Virus record (IMG/VR): IMGVR_UViG_3300037419_000887
Coordinates: 1-33,726 of that record
Length of the DNA stretch: 33,726 nucleotides
Strand: one strand, 5' to 3'
DNA from: a virus
Taxonomy: Duplodnaviria; Caudoviricetes
A program made the translations under genes and the position numbers. The notes below the pieces were generated by a model. The model was not told the DNA's origin. It saw only the letters and a list, made by a program, of their open reading frames with translations, and ran no database searches. Of the stretch, positions 8,776-17,032 are shown piece after piece. Positions within the stretch are counted from its first letter, which is position 1. Each line of letters opens with the position of its first letter.

Positions 8776-10587
8776 ATGTATATTGAATTTAAACAAGGTG
8801 AAAAGTTTGCTCAGAAAAATGCGGATACATCGGATAGTCATGAAGCTTTTGAAGACGCCGGTTATCTTTTAACGAATGATGATTTGATTGTTGATATTGA
8901 TACATTGCCACCTTCTGCTATTAACGCTCTGATTCATCAATTTGACATTAAGACTCAAGTTGTGTGGACCGGTCGCGGTGCTCACCTTTATTTTAAAAAG
9001 CCGAAATATTTCAAAGGTAAATCAGAAATGATATGTCCACTTGGATTTAAAGTGGAATATAAAACGATCAAAAATACGCCTAACGGGATTACGATCAAAC
9101 GTAACGGGTTATTGCGTGATATAGAACATGAAGGTATCAGGGCGGAACTTCCTGACTTCCTTTTTCAGAATAAACATTTTGAAGACTTGCTCGGTCTAGG
9201 TGATGGAGATGGTCGAGATAATAAATTGTATGCTCATAAATTTAAAATTATGAACATCGAAAATTACAAGTCTATTTTACGATATATCAATAATTACGTT
9301 TTTGATGAACCGTTTAATGAGGAAGACTTTCAACGGATTGCTCGTGATGAAGAAATCAGGGCGGAAAAAGATGGTGAGTATGATGTTGCTATGCAGCTTA
9401 TACAGAAGATGAACATCGTCGAATTTGCTGACCGACTTTACTATTTTGATGGAAAAAGATACAAAACTGGTAATCTGAAGCGGGAGATTGCTCAATACTT
9501 AAAAGGTCAAAAGTCGTACTACATCGAGGAAGTCCTGAAACAAATTGAGTTCTTTCCGAATGTGGTGGAGACTCCTGTTCGTGGGTTTGATATTAAATTT
9601 CAGAATGGTATCCTCCGTGATGGTCGATTCATTGAAGTTGATTCCAAAGAGTTCACTCCTTATTATATTGATATAGAATATAATGATGAAGCGGAACCGG
9701 TCGAAGTAGTGGACGAGTATCTTAACATGCTGACTGATGGTGATGAAGATTATAAAAATATGTTATTCGAAATGATGGCGCACCCTTTGATCACAAATGT
9801 TGAGTTTAAAAGAAAACTCGCACGGTTTTCCATTATCATCGGTAAAGGTGGAGAAGGAAAAGGAACACTCCTTGAAATCATTGGGAAGATTCTAGGAAAA
9901 GAAAATTGTTCTTTCAACTCTATCAAAAGATTACCCGATGAACGTTATGCTTATGATATCGAAGGGAAACTTGCGAACCTTGGTGACGATATTGAAGACG
10001 CGCCGATTACAAATGAAGAAATGAAGATGTTAAAAAATATTTCCACTTGTGATCCGGTTATGGTTCGGGCTCTTCATAAAATGGCAAGGAATACTCGCCT
10101 CACTGCTAGTTTGATATTTACTAGCAATCATATGTTAAAGACCCATGAAAAGGGCGATTCATACAAGAGACGGGTTGTTTGGTGCCCGATGTTTAATAAA
10201 CCGAAAGAAGCAGACCCGGAAATCATTTCAAAACTAACTTCACCGGAAGCGCTTGAATATTGGTTAAAGCTTATCATGGAAGCTTATTTCAGGTTGTATA
10301 AGACAAAATCTTTCACTCATTCAAGGAAAGTCGATGATTATACCTCTGAGTACCATACAGAAAACAACTCGTGTCTCACCTGGCTTGAAGATAAAGATGT
10401 TGATTACTTCATCGGGAAACGTCCTCCTGAAGTGTATAGTGATTATGAACTGTGGGCGCAAGAGAATGAAACCGGAAAACCGCAATCATCACGTGCGTTG
10501 AAGATCACAATCGAAAATGAGTTCAACTTACAAGTGAAAGTTCGTCGGATTAATGGGAAGAGCGCAAAGGTATTTTCACAAGACTAG
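8776..10587 (+). CDS. Primase-helicase (prim-pol N-terminus, P4/D5-like SF3 helicase)
   Basis: IVDID and TGRGAHLYF (AEP/prim-pol), GDGRDNKL, Walker A GKGGEGKGT, Walker B NLGDDI, motif C IFTSNH, YKRR. Confidence 0.92.
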   Translation: MYIEFKQGEKFAQKNADTSDSHEAFEDAGYLLTNDDLIVDIDTLPPSAINALIHQFDIKTQVVWTGRGAHLYFKKPKYFKGKSEMICPLGFKVEYKTIKNTPNGITIKRNGLLRDIEHEGIRAELPDFLFQNKHFEDLLGLGDGDGRDNKLYAHKFKIMNIENYKSILRYINNYVFDEPFNEEDFQRIARDEEIRAEKDGEYDVAMQLIQKMNIVEFADRLYYFDGKRYKTGNLKREIAQYLKGQKSYYIEEVLKQIEFFPNVVETPVRGFDIKFQNGILRDGRFIEVDSKEFTPYYIDIEYNDEAEPVEVVDEYLNMLTDGDEDYKNMLFEMMAHPLITNVEFKRKLARFSIIIGKGGEGKGTLLEIIGKILGKENCSFNSIKRLPDERYAYDIEGKLANLGDDIEDAPITNEEMKMLKNISTCDPVMVRALHKMARNTRLTASLIFTSNHMLKTHEKGDSYKRRVVWCPMFNKPKEADPEIISKLTSPEALEYWLKLIMEAYFRLYKTKSFTHSRKVDDYTSEYHTENNSCLTWLEDKDVDYFIGKRPPEVYSDYELWAQENETGKPQSSRALKITIENEFNLQVKVRRINGKSAKVFSQD

Positions 10588-10608
10588 TAGATTTCTACTG
10601 GTCTTTTT
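10580..10608 (+). terminator. Intrinsic terminator
   Basis: AAGACTAGTAG-attt-CTACTGGTCTT followed by TTT. Confidence 0.75.
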
Positions 10609-10616
10609 GTTTATTT

Positions 10617-10648
10617 TTGTGCAATTTGCTAATGTTTGTTTGATAAAG
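10617..10648 (+). promoter_or_regulatory. Phage-specific promoter motif copy 5
   Basis: TTGTGCAA-N16-TGATAAAG directly after a terminator and upstream of GGAGG/ATG 10676. Confidence 0.8.
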
Positions 10649-10675
10649 AAGTAAGAGATAAATGGAGGATTAATT

Positions 10676-11242
10676 ATGAAAATAGCACTTGTTGGATATG
10701 CTCGCTCTGGTAAAGATACCGTTGCAGAATTGATAAAATCAGAATTGAAATCTTGTAAAATTGTTTCACTTGGTGATGAAATGAAAAAAGAGTTTCACAA
10801 ACTGTTTCCTTCTATTCCAAAGGATCCGAAACCACGTGACCATTATGAAACGTTTGGTCAATCCATGAGAGAGATCGACCCGGATGTGTGGATCAACAAA
10901 GTCAAACTCCCAAATGAAAGAGGTTTCAAAAATGTTGTGATTACAGATGTAAGACAACTCAATGAGGCAGAATGGGTGAAAGATAATGACTTTTATCTTG
11001 TAGAGGTCTGGTCGCCGCTGGGGTTTAGAGTTCAACGTTCTGAATATGATTCCGAATTCACTGCGGTTAACAGTTCGGAAGCTCACCTTCATGAGATCAA
11101 GTGTCATTATAAACTTGATAACGCTGGAAGCATTGAAGATTTAAAAGAGAAAGTTCATCATATGTTAACGTATTTCAAAACAATCGAGGAGGTAAAAAAT
11201 CGTGAAGCAATTGCTAGTCGAGGAGATGAAAAGAGCAATTGA
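10676..11242 (+). CDS. Deoxynucleoside monophosphate kinase
   Basis: P-loop GYARSGKDT, GQSMREIDPDVWI, VVITDVRQLNE, SSE, DNAGSIEDL. Confidence 0.85.
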   Translation: MKIALVGYARSGKDTVAELIKSELKSCKIVSLGDEMKKEFHKLFPSIPKDPKPRDHYETFGQSMREIDPDVWINKVKLPNERGFKNVVITDVRQLNEAEWVKDNDFYLVEVWSPLGFRVQRSEYDSEFTAVNSSEAHLHEIKCHYKLDNAGSIEDLKEKVHHMLTYFKTIEEVKNREAIASRGDEKSN

Positions 11243-11399
11243 AATAATGGAAAGCAAAGATGAAATCAAACGAACTTTCACTGTTGAAGAAGGTCGATTC
11301 CATTATGAAAAAGCGGATAAGGAAGTAATTGAATTATGTGAATTGTTTAAAATGATCCGAAGACACACCGGAAAAATAGAAAGGGAGTCATATAAATGA
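11202..11399 (+). CDS. Hypothetical protein
   Basis: GTG start with GAGGAGG RBS; operon-coupled. Confidence 0.7.
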   Translation: MKQLLVEEMKRAIEIMESKDEIKRTFTVEEGRFHYEKADKEVIELCELFKMIRRHTGKIERESYK

Positions 11400-11560
11400 A
11401 AATTAGAGACTTGTTCAAATTAAAAATCAATAACAGTAATGACGCTATTATCAAACGAATGGATTACGAAGTGACCATTGAAATCAACGACATGATTATC
11501 ACCGGTCGACCCGATACAATCATGACACTCATTAAAGAGATGGGTAAGGAGGACAAATGA
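11396..11560 (+). CDS. Hypothetical protein (54 aa, below track cut-off)
   Basis: MKIRDLFKLKINN...EMGKEDK; RBS GGGAG; ATGA overlap; fills the gap. Confidence 0.7.
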   Translation: MKIRDLFKLKINNSNDAIIKRMDYEVTIEINDMIITGRPDTIMTLIKEMGKEDK

Positions 11561-11561
11561 T

Positions 11562-11873
11562 ATGGTGATCCTTGAAGTCAATCCACTCGACCCGGTTATT
11601 GTAGTAAACGAAGAAACGGAAGATTCTATCGAAGGTGTTACGGTTGAAGTGAAGTTTTGGGACAAGGAAGTGTTTACCGCTCATCTGGTAAAATCGTATG
11701 AACCATTTGAACCGGAAGATATGATTCTACCTTCTTATGATAAATATCTTTTTGTTCGACTGTTTGATAAGGATGGTTACACAATGGATATCGAACCGAT
11801 TGAGGCGGCGGTGTTATTACAAATGATCTTGACCGATTACAATGCTCGTATGCTGCTTTTGTATATTGATTGA
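11562..11873 (+). CDS. Hypothetical acidic protein
   Basis: RBS AAGGAGG; operon-coupled. Confidence 0.7.
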   Translation: MVILEVNPLDPVIVVNEETEDSIEGVTVEVKFWDKEVFTAHLVKSYEPFEPEDMILPSYDKYLFVRLFDKDGYTMDIEPIEAAVLLQMILTDYNARMLLLYID

Positions 11874-12103
11874 TGAAGATACTTGAAGGTTGTACAAGGG
11901 TTTTCTTATCGAGTGATTGGAGTGTTGTTTTCGGTGAACTTGAAGACAATACTCTATTTTTCTATTATGTGGAGCTGCAATGTCTTGAGTTGATTTGCAT
12001 GGATGGAAAAGTTAAAGAAATTTCGTTCGATGAGGGGATTGAACTCGAAAAATATTGTATTAAAGAGTGGAAGAAAAAGAGACTTGAGGGGTTATTTCGA
12101 TGA
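11870..12103 (+). CDS. Hypothetical protein
   Basis: Overlap-coupled to both neighbours. Confidence 0.6.
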   Translation: MMKILEGCTRVFLSSDWSVVFGELEDNTLFFYYVELQCLELICMDGKVKEISFDEGIELEKYCIKEWKKKRLEGLFR

Positions 12104-12321
12104 AACGTGAAGATATTTTTGAAGCAATTACAAAGGAGCGGGAAAGACAAGATGTGATTCATCCTGATTTCCCTGCTTTTAAACACGATAGGCTTTCACT
12201 TGTGTTAGAAGAATTTCTTGAATTAACACAAGCAATTAATGACAATCACAAGGATGACCATGTAATAGAAGAAATGATTCAATGCTGCGCTATCCTGACG
12301 AGGTGGTTAGAGCGCTTATGA
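12100..12321 (+). CDS. MazG-like all-alpha NTP pyrophosphohydrolase (single short domain)
   Basis: ERERQD...LVLEEFLELTQAI...EEMIQCCAILTRWLE resembles the EExxE...EExxQ pattern of minimal phage MazG-like proteins. Confidence 0.6.
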   Translation: MKREDIFEAITKERERQDVIHPDFPAFKHDRLSLVLEEFLELTQAINDNHKDDHVIEEMIQCCAILTRWLERL

Positions 12322-13763
12322 TAAGAGAACGACTCATTTACCTATTACAAACAAAATTAGAAACGGAGTTATCACATGAAATTATTAAGGACATTGACGG
12401 GGCTATTTATGATACTTGGAACGACGCTTTTGACTTTAATGATAGAGTTACTGATCGCGTCAAAGTAAGGTACTTTAACGAAATAAAAATATGGGCAAAA
12501 CGTAATGATGGAGGATGGACGATGACTGAAAAACAAGTAGAAGTATTAACAATTGAAGAAGCGAAAAACAATTTATTTATCGGTAATTGTCTCGATACTT
12601 TAAAGAGACTACCCGATAATAGTATCGATGCATGTATCACGGATCCGCCCTACGGATTATCAAAAGAGCCAAATGTAACAGAGGTACTCACGAAATGGTT
12701 AGCCGGTGAAAGCTATTCTCATAATTTCAAAGGTTTTATGGGTAAAGAATGGGATAGCTTTGTACCATCTCCTGAAATATGGAAAGAAGTGTTTCGTGTA
12801 TTAAAACCAGGCGGGCACGCGATTGTCTTTTCAGGTACAAGAACACAAGATTTAATGACGATTGCTTTACGAATCGCCGGATTTGAAGTTCGTGATGTGA
12901 TTGAATGGCTTTATTTTTCAGGGTTTCCGAAATCTATGGATATATCGAAACAGATTGACAAGATGGCGGGGGCAGAGCGTGAAGTAATAGGGGAAGAAAC
13001 AAAAGCAAAAAGCACGTACCATTCACAAAATGTCGGTGGCTCGATTGAAGAAGTGAATACTTATAACATCACAGCACCAGCCACACCAGAAGCGATCAAA
13101 TATCAAGGATTCGGAACACAATTAAAACCATCACACGAACCGGCAATATTAGTGAGAAAACCGATCGCAAAAGGCGCAAACATCGCTGAAAATGTTCTGC
13201 ATTATGGGACGGGCGGGTTGAACATTGACGAAACCCGTATAGGAGAAGAAACGATTTCAGCACATAATGCTCCAAAAGGTACATTTGCAGGGGGAGAATG
13301 GGAAAGAGGAAGTGAAACCATTTACAGAGAACATCAAGGCAGATTCCCCGCAAACTGTATCACACTGGATGACGATCAATTCTATTCGAAGTTCTTCAAC
13401 ATCACGCCGCCGGAATTATCAAAGAAGGCATCGAAGAAGGATCGGAATTCGAATTGTGAAGGTGTACCAATAGATGGTGCGAATAACCATCCGACAGTGA
13501 AACCAATTCCATTGATGGAATGGTTGGTCAAACTGATCACACCACCGAACGGAATCATTATCGAACCTTTTGCCGGAAGTGGTTCGACACTTGTAGCAGC
13601 GAAGAAATCCGGCTTTGATTTTATCGGCTGTGAGTTATCGGAAGAATATGCGGAGATTATTAAGAAACGTTTATGTGTCGTTATTGAGGAAATAGAAGAA
13701 GATGAGGATTCAATCGGATTTTCAGAAGTCGATAGTTTACTAGAGGAGATTGAAAATGATTAA
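12318..13763 (+). CDS. N4-C/N6-A DNA methyltransferase, beta class; core probably starts at ATG 12522
   Basis: GNCLDTLKRLPDNSIDACITDPPYGL (motif IV), RVLKPGG, HPTVKP, EPFAGSGST (motif I), GCEL. No cognate endonuclease adjacent. Confidence 0.9.
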   Translation: MIRERLIYLLQTKLETELSHEIIKDIDGAIYDTWNDAFDFNDRVTDRVKVRYFNEIKIWAKRNDGGWTMTEKQVEVLTIEEAKNNLFIGNCLDTLKRLPDNSIDACITDPPYGLSKEPNVTEVLTKWLAGESYSHNFKGFMGKEWDSFVPSPEIWKEVFRVLKPGGHAIVFSGTRTQDLMTIALRIAGFEVRDVIEWLYFSGFPKSMDISKQIDKMAGAEREVIGEETKAKSTYHSQNVGGSIEEVNTYNITAPATPEAIKYQGFGTQLKPSHEPAILVRKPIAKGANIAENVLHYGTGGLNIDETRIGEETISAHNAPKGTFAGGEWERGSETIYREHQGRFPANCITLDDDQFYSKFFNITPPELSKKASKKDRNSNCEGVPIDGANNHPTVKPIPLMEWLVKLITPPNGIIIEPFAGSGSTLVAAKKSGFDFIGCELSEEYAEIIKKRLCVVIEEIEEDEDSIGFSEVDSLLEEIEND

Positions 13764-13801
13764 CCAACTTCTTGGCGTACCGGGAGCTATTTGTTTTAAT
13801 G

Positions 13802-13830
13802 AGAGTCGTCCTTAGGATGGCTCTTTTTTT
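13802..13830 (+). terminator. Intrinsic terminator
   Basis: AGAGTCGTCC-tta-GGATGGCTCT followed by a T run. Confidence 0.85.
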
Positions 13831-13848
13831 ATTTATGAAAAATATTTC

Positions 13849-13876
13849 TTGACATGGTGCTATATTCGATTACTAT
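13849..13876 (+). promoter_or_regulatory. Host SigA-type promoter
   Basis: TTGACA-N16-TACTAT with an AT-rich UP region. Confidence 0.6.
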
Positions 13877-13926
13877 GAAGATGTAATCAATAGATACATA
13901 CACATTTTATTTTAAAAATAGAGGAG

Positions 13927-14406
13927 ATGATCGATATGAATAAGAAGTTGATAGTTACATTAGTGGTTTCAGGTTTAGCGGTTGCGTTCCTTGCGGGGTT
14001 CAGTCTTCAAAAGCGTAACAGTGATAATGATATTAAAAACAAAGTGGCGGTCGAAAAGGTTGAGGAGTTTAAAACTCAAATTCAAAAGCAGGCAAAAGCT
14101 GCAAAAGAAGAACGTGAAAGTGTTCAGAGCACTCTTGATAACATGTTAAAAAATGCAAAAGTGGACGGTTATAGCTACACGATGACAAACGATTCAGAAT
14201 ATACTTTTGATTGGGTTCAACTTGTTTACACTGAATACACAAAAGATGGGAAACCCGCTTATGATTCTGACTCTGTTAGTGAGCAAATTAACGGAGTGAA
14301 ACCTGGTCAAACATTTACTGTAAAAGCATTTCTTTCAAGTGGTCAATTCGGTACGCCGGTAACGCTTAAAGTGAATAGTCTTGATGGTGCTGCTGTTCAA
14401 AACTAG
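13927..14406 (+). CDS. Membrane-anchored or secreted protein with an FxLYD-like Ig-fold C-terminal domain
   Basis: MNKKLIVTLVVSGLAVAFLAG signal/TM segment, coiled coil, then TMTNDSEYTFDWVQLVYTEYTKDG...INGVKPGQTFTVKA. Confidence 0.6.
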   Translation: MIDMNKKLIVTLVVSGLAVAFLAGFSLQKRNSDNDIKNKVAVEKVEEFKTQIQKQAKAAKEERESVQSTLDNMLKNAKVDGYSYTMTNDSEYTFDWVQLVYTEYTKDGKPAYDSDSVSEQINGVKPGQTFTVKAFLSSGQFGTPVTLKVNSLDGAAVQN

Positions 14407-14407
14407 G

Positions 14408-14438
14408 TTGTGCAAAATATCACTTCTTGTTGATAAAG
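14408..14438 (+). promoter_or_regulatory. Phage-specific promoter motif copy 6
   Basis: TTGTGCAA-N15-TGATAAAG upstream of RBS AGGAGGTG of the HNH gene. Confidence 0.8.
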
Positions 14439-14458
14439 TAACAGGAGGTGATTTTTCT

Positions 14459-14863
14459 ATGCTTAAAACTTGTTCACATTGCGGTAAGATTGTCGACCGG
14501 AGTCATGATTGTCCTGCTAAACCTAAGCGGAAGAAATTCAATAAGTCGGACGCTGATACGTTTCGGAATTCAAGGTTGTGGCGCAAAAAGTCGCTTGAGA
14601 TTCGATATCGTGATAAAGGGTTGTGTCAAATTTGTATGAGGAAGCTTTATGATACGATCATTCAATATAATTTTGACAACATCGAAGTACATCACATTAT
14701 TCCACTTGCTGAAGATACTTCAAAAGGACTCACCAACACAAACTTGATATCGTTATGTAAGACTCATCACTACATGGCGGATCATGATCAGATTCCTCGC
14801 GCCGAGCTTCATAAAATTGCAAAGACTCAAGAAACGATTCAAAATATAAAAACAGGGATATGA
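14459..14863 (+). CDS. HNH endonuclease, terminase-associated (HK97 gp74-like)
   Basis: MLKTCSHCG...HDCP, RDKGLCQIC, EVHHIIPL, NLISLCKTHH. Start placed at ATG 14459 by the RBS. Confidence 0.9.
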   Translation: MLKTCSHCGKIVDRSHDCPAKPKRKKFNKSDADTFRNSRLWRKKSLEIRYRDKGLCQICMRKLYDTIIQYNFDNIEVHHIIPLAEDTSKGLTNTNLISLCKTHHYMADHDQIPRAELHKIAKTQETIQNIKTGI

Positions 14864-14874
14864 TGTCCCTGTTT
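14850..14874. terminator. Probable bidirectional terminator between convergent genes
   Basis: AAACAGGGATA-tga-TGTCCCTGTTT. Confidence 0.65.
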
Positions 14875-14953
14875 ATATTTTGTCGATGAAGTCTTTCAGT
14901 TCTTCAAGAAGCTTCAATTGTTCCTCGATCATCTTCACTAATTGTTCAGTCAT
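14873..14953 (-). CDS. 26-aa amphipathic peptide
   Basis: MTEQLVKMIEEQLKLLEELKDFIDKI; RBS AAGGAGG; overlaps the stop of the upstream gene and ends at the terminator. Confidence 0.55.
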   Translation of the reverse strand: MTEQLVKMIEEQLKLLEELKDFIDKI

Positions 14954-15143
14954 TTCGTTTCCCTCCTTCTAATTCTCTGATTATCATTTCTTTTAAGTCA
15001 CCGTATGATATGCGGCTTGATAATTCTCTGTCAACATAGACGTCAATCATGATGTCGTCATTTAGCTCGACCGATATCAAGTGACGTTCCGCTTTTGTCA
15101 TTTCCACTTGTTCAAGGTATGCTTTTATTTCTTTTTCAGTCAT
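14946..15143 (-). CDS. Hypothetical protein
   Basis: RBS AAGGTG before ATG 15143; SigA-like TTGACA-N16-TATATT at 15200-15173 on the minus strand. Confidence 0.7.
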   Translation of the reverse strand: MTEKEIKAYLEQVEMTKAERHLISVELNDDIMIDVYVDRELSSRISYGDLKEMIIRELEGGKRND

Positions 15144-15272
15144 TTTGATCACCTTCCTATTCTGTTGCGATCAATATATATGAATAGTCTGAATTGTCAA
15201 CAAAAATAAATTTTAACTTTTTTTTACACAAAACGATTTTTTCGATTATACTGAGATTGTAATCGTAACTGT

Positions 15273-15360
15273 ATAGCACCATAAAGTTATAAAATTATGC
15301 TCTTATGTACTCATACTAGTATAAAGTTATACGGTTATGAACATATAAAATTATGAAAGA
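15273..15360 (+). repeat. Tandem array of eleven degenerate 8-bp units (AT(A/G)nnnTT-like); operator or centromere candidate
   Basis: atagcacc|ataaagtt|ataaaatt|atgctctt|atgtactc|atactagt|ataaagtt|atacggtt|atgaacat|ataaaatt|atgaaaga, between a TATACT -10 box (15247) and the RBS of 15373. Confidence 0.75.
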
Positions 15361-15372
15361 GGTGATGTTGAG

Positions 15373-15636
15373 ATGAAAACAATTAAGTATATGAGTAATG
15401 AGTATGAAGTGATTACTGAGTTTGCGCATGAAAACGAGTTGACTTGTACTGTGATCGTAAAAGCGGTCAAGTATGAAAGCGGATTGTTCAGTGTTTTGTT
15501 CGTACATTATAATTATTGGAAAGAAGGTTCTGGGTTAGATGGTAGGGCTGAAATAGACGTGAGACTTGCTTACATTGATAAGTATGATATCGAAAAGATG
15601 ATGAATGTCATGAGGCGAGTTGATTCAAATGAGTAA
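15373..15636 (+). CDS. Hypothetical protein
   Basis: RBS GAGGTG; first gene after the 8-bp array. Confidence 0.7.
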   Translation: MKTIKYMSNEYEVITEFAHENELTCTVIVKAVKYESGLFSVLFVHYNYWKEGSGLDGRAEIDVRLAYIDKYDIEKMMNVMRRVDSNE

Positions 15637-15967
15637 ATATCAAAACTGGGAATTGTTAATTGAAATGAATGACAAGGTTAAGCTACATAAAGGTGATTTC
15701 ACCGGTAAGAAAGGCAAGTTTAAAGAGCAAGGATTCATAAGTGTCAACTTCCGTATGCCTGTAACATTCAGAGCGGTAATCGAGGATGACTTGAGAAAGC
15801 TTGCAGATAACGGATTGAAGATCAGTCTTAACGATTACCTGCTGCTATTGATCATGGTTGGCGGTAATATGAACCAAAACCTCGAGGGTGAGTTCATTCA
15901 TCGGTCGAATGGTTTGAACTTACGTAATTATTTTGATGATAAGAAGAAAGGTGGTGGGAATAAATGA
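15620..15967 (+). CDS. Ribbon-helix-helix (CopG/Arc-like) DNA-binding protein
   Basis: Alternating strand ISVNFRMP, helix VTFRAVIEDDLRKLA, then GLKISLNDYLLLLI. Confidence 0.55.
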   Translation: MIQMSKYQNWELLIEMNDKVKLHKGDFTGKKGKFKEQGFISVNFRMPVTFRAVIEDDLRKLADNGLKISLNDYLLLLIMVGGNMNQNLEGEFIHRSNGLNLRNYFDDKKKGGGNK

Positions 15968-16071
15968 ATGAGTACATTGATTTGATTTCATTCACGTTAG
16001 CGGTGTTAAGTGGGATTCTGCTTGATGTGTATTTAACGAAAAAGGGCAATGATCAAAACAAACCGGAATGA
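15964..16071 (+). CDS. 35-aa single-TM peptide
   Basis: MNEYIDLISFTLAVLSGILLDVYLTKKGNDQNKPE; ATGA overlap, GGTGG RBS, ends in a terminator hairpin. Confidence 0.6.
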   Translation: MNEYIDLISFTLAVLSGILLDVYLTKKGNDQNKPE

Positions 16072-16084
16072 AAGCCGGTTTTTT
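16060..16084 (+). terminator. Intrinsic terminator
   Basis: AAACCGG-aatgaaag-CCGGTTT followed by TTT. Confidence 0.65.
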
Positions 16085-16225
16085 ATTGTCGAATTTCCAT
16101 ATAATATTAAAATATCAACAAAACGGTGTGTTTTTTCCACTTTTAGGACTCGACCCTTACTATGAGTCGGAATTAAAATTTTAGACCCCTTAAAATCGAT
16201 TTTCAAATAAGAAAAAAGCACGTCA

Positions 16226-17032
16226 TCAAACGTACTTATCCCATTTTCCAAAGAATTCAAGATGTTCCACCGTTGCGTAATAAATATATGTAAATTTAAA
16301 TCGTTTTCCTAAGATTTCACTGATTTCCCGCTCGAATAGTGCAATGAGTTCAAGGTGATGTGTTTGATTCTCTTCACCATTGAATAGAAAGTATGTTCGA
16401 CGACCCAACATCCTTATTTTCATGAGCTTATTCAAGAAATCCGCGTCACGGTGTTTTGTTCTTTCCACTTCAATGAAGGATAGTCGACCTGACTTCTCTT
16501 CCACTGCTTTCATATCCGGTTTCAGGAACGGTTTATTTTTGATCTTGCCGCAATAGGTTTCATAAACCTTCCTTACTTTATAATCGGATAGCTTGAGTCG
16601 CATTGTGTCATCAATATTGATTATCCTTTCAACATTCATTCCGGGTAACGCCTTTTGAATAATATGTTGTACACTGTCAAGAAACAATTGTTCTTTTGTG
16701 ATAGATACCGGATCTCCTATTTCGCGTCGGTACTGTTCATAACATTTACTCGTCGGTCGACCATAAAACACATTATTCGAAACGAATAATCCTCTTCCTT
16801 CATCTGATTCCGCTCCCATAAGAATGAAGTAATCATAAAACGATGGATCTTCCACTTGTTTGAACCGGATAATCACACCATACTTACCGTTCAGTTCTTT
16901 GAAGTTACCCTCTTTAATATGCTTATCGAACTGATACATGATATGATTCCTCTTTGTTACGATATAAATGTCTTGGAGTTTTACATTGTTATAATCACAA
17001 ATGTTAAGTTTTGCATTGTCCAAAACTAGCAT
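16226..17032 (-). CDS. PD-(D/E)xK-fold protein resembling the replication-relaxation (Replic_Relax) family
   Basis: C-terminal LKPDMKAVEEKSGRLSFIEVERTKHRDADFLNKL; ATG 17032 with GGAGGTG RBS; extended -10 TGGTATAAT at 17068-17060 on the minus strand. Confidence 0.5.
   Translation of the reverse strand: MLVLDNAKLNICDYNNVKLQDIYIVTKRNHIMYQFDKHIKEGNFKELNGKYGVIIRFKQVEDPSFYDYFILMGAESDEGRGLFVSNNVFYGRPTSKCYEQYRREIGDPVSITKEQLFLDSVQHIIQKALPGMNVERIINIDDTMRLKLSDYKVRKVYETYCGKIKNKPFLKPDMKAVEEKSGRLSFIEVERTKHRDADFLNKLMKIRMLGRRTYFLFNGEENQTHHLELIALFEREISEILGKRFKFTYIYYATVEHLEFFGKWDKYV

Noticed and set aside
13756-13815. 19-aa ORF with GAGGAG RBS after the methyltransferase
   Set aside because: It runs into the terminator and has no recognisable features; possibly a gene remnant.
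14381-14458. Track N-terminal extension of the HNH ORF
   Set aside because: It overlaps promoter motif 6; the RBS AGGAGGTG points to ATG 14459.
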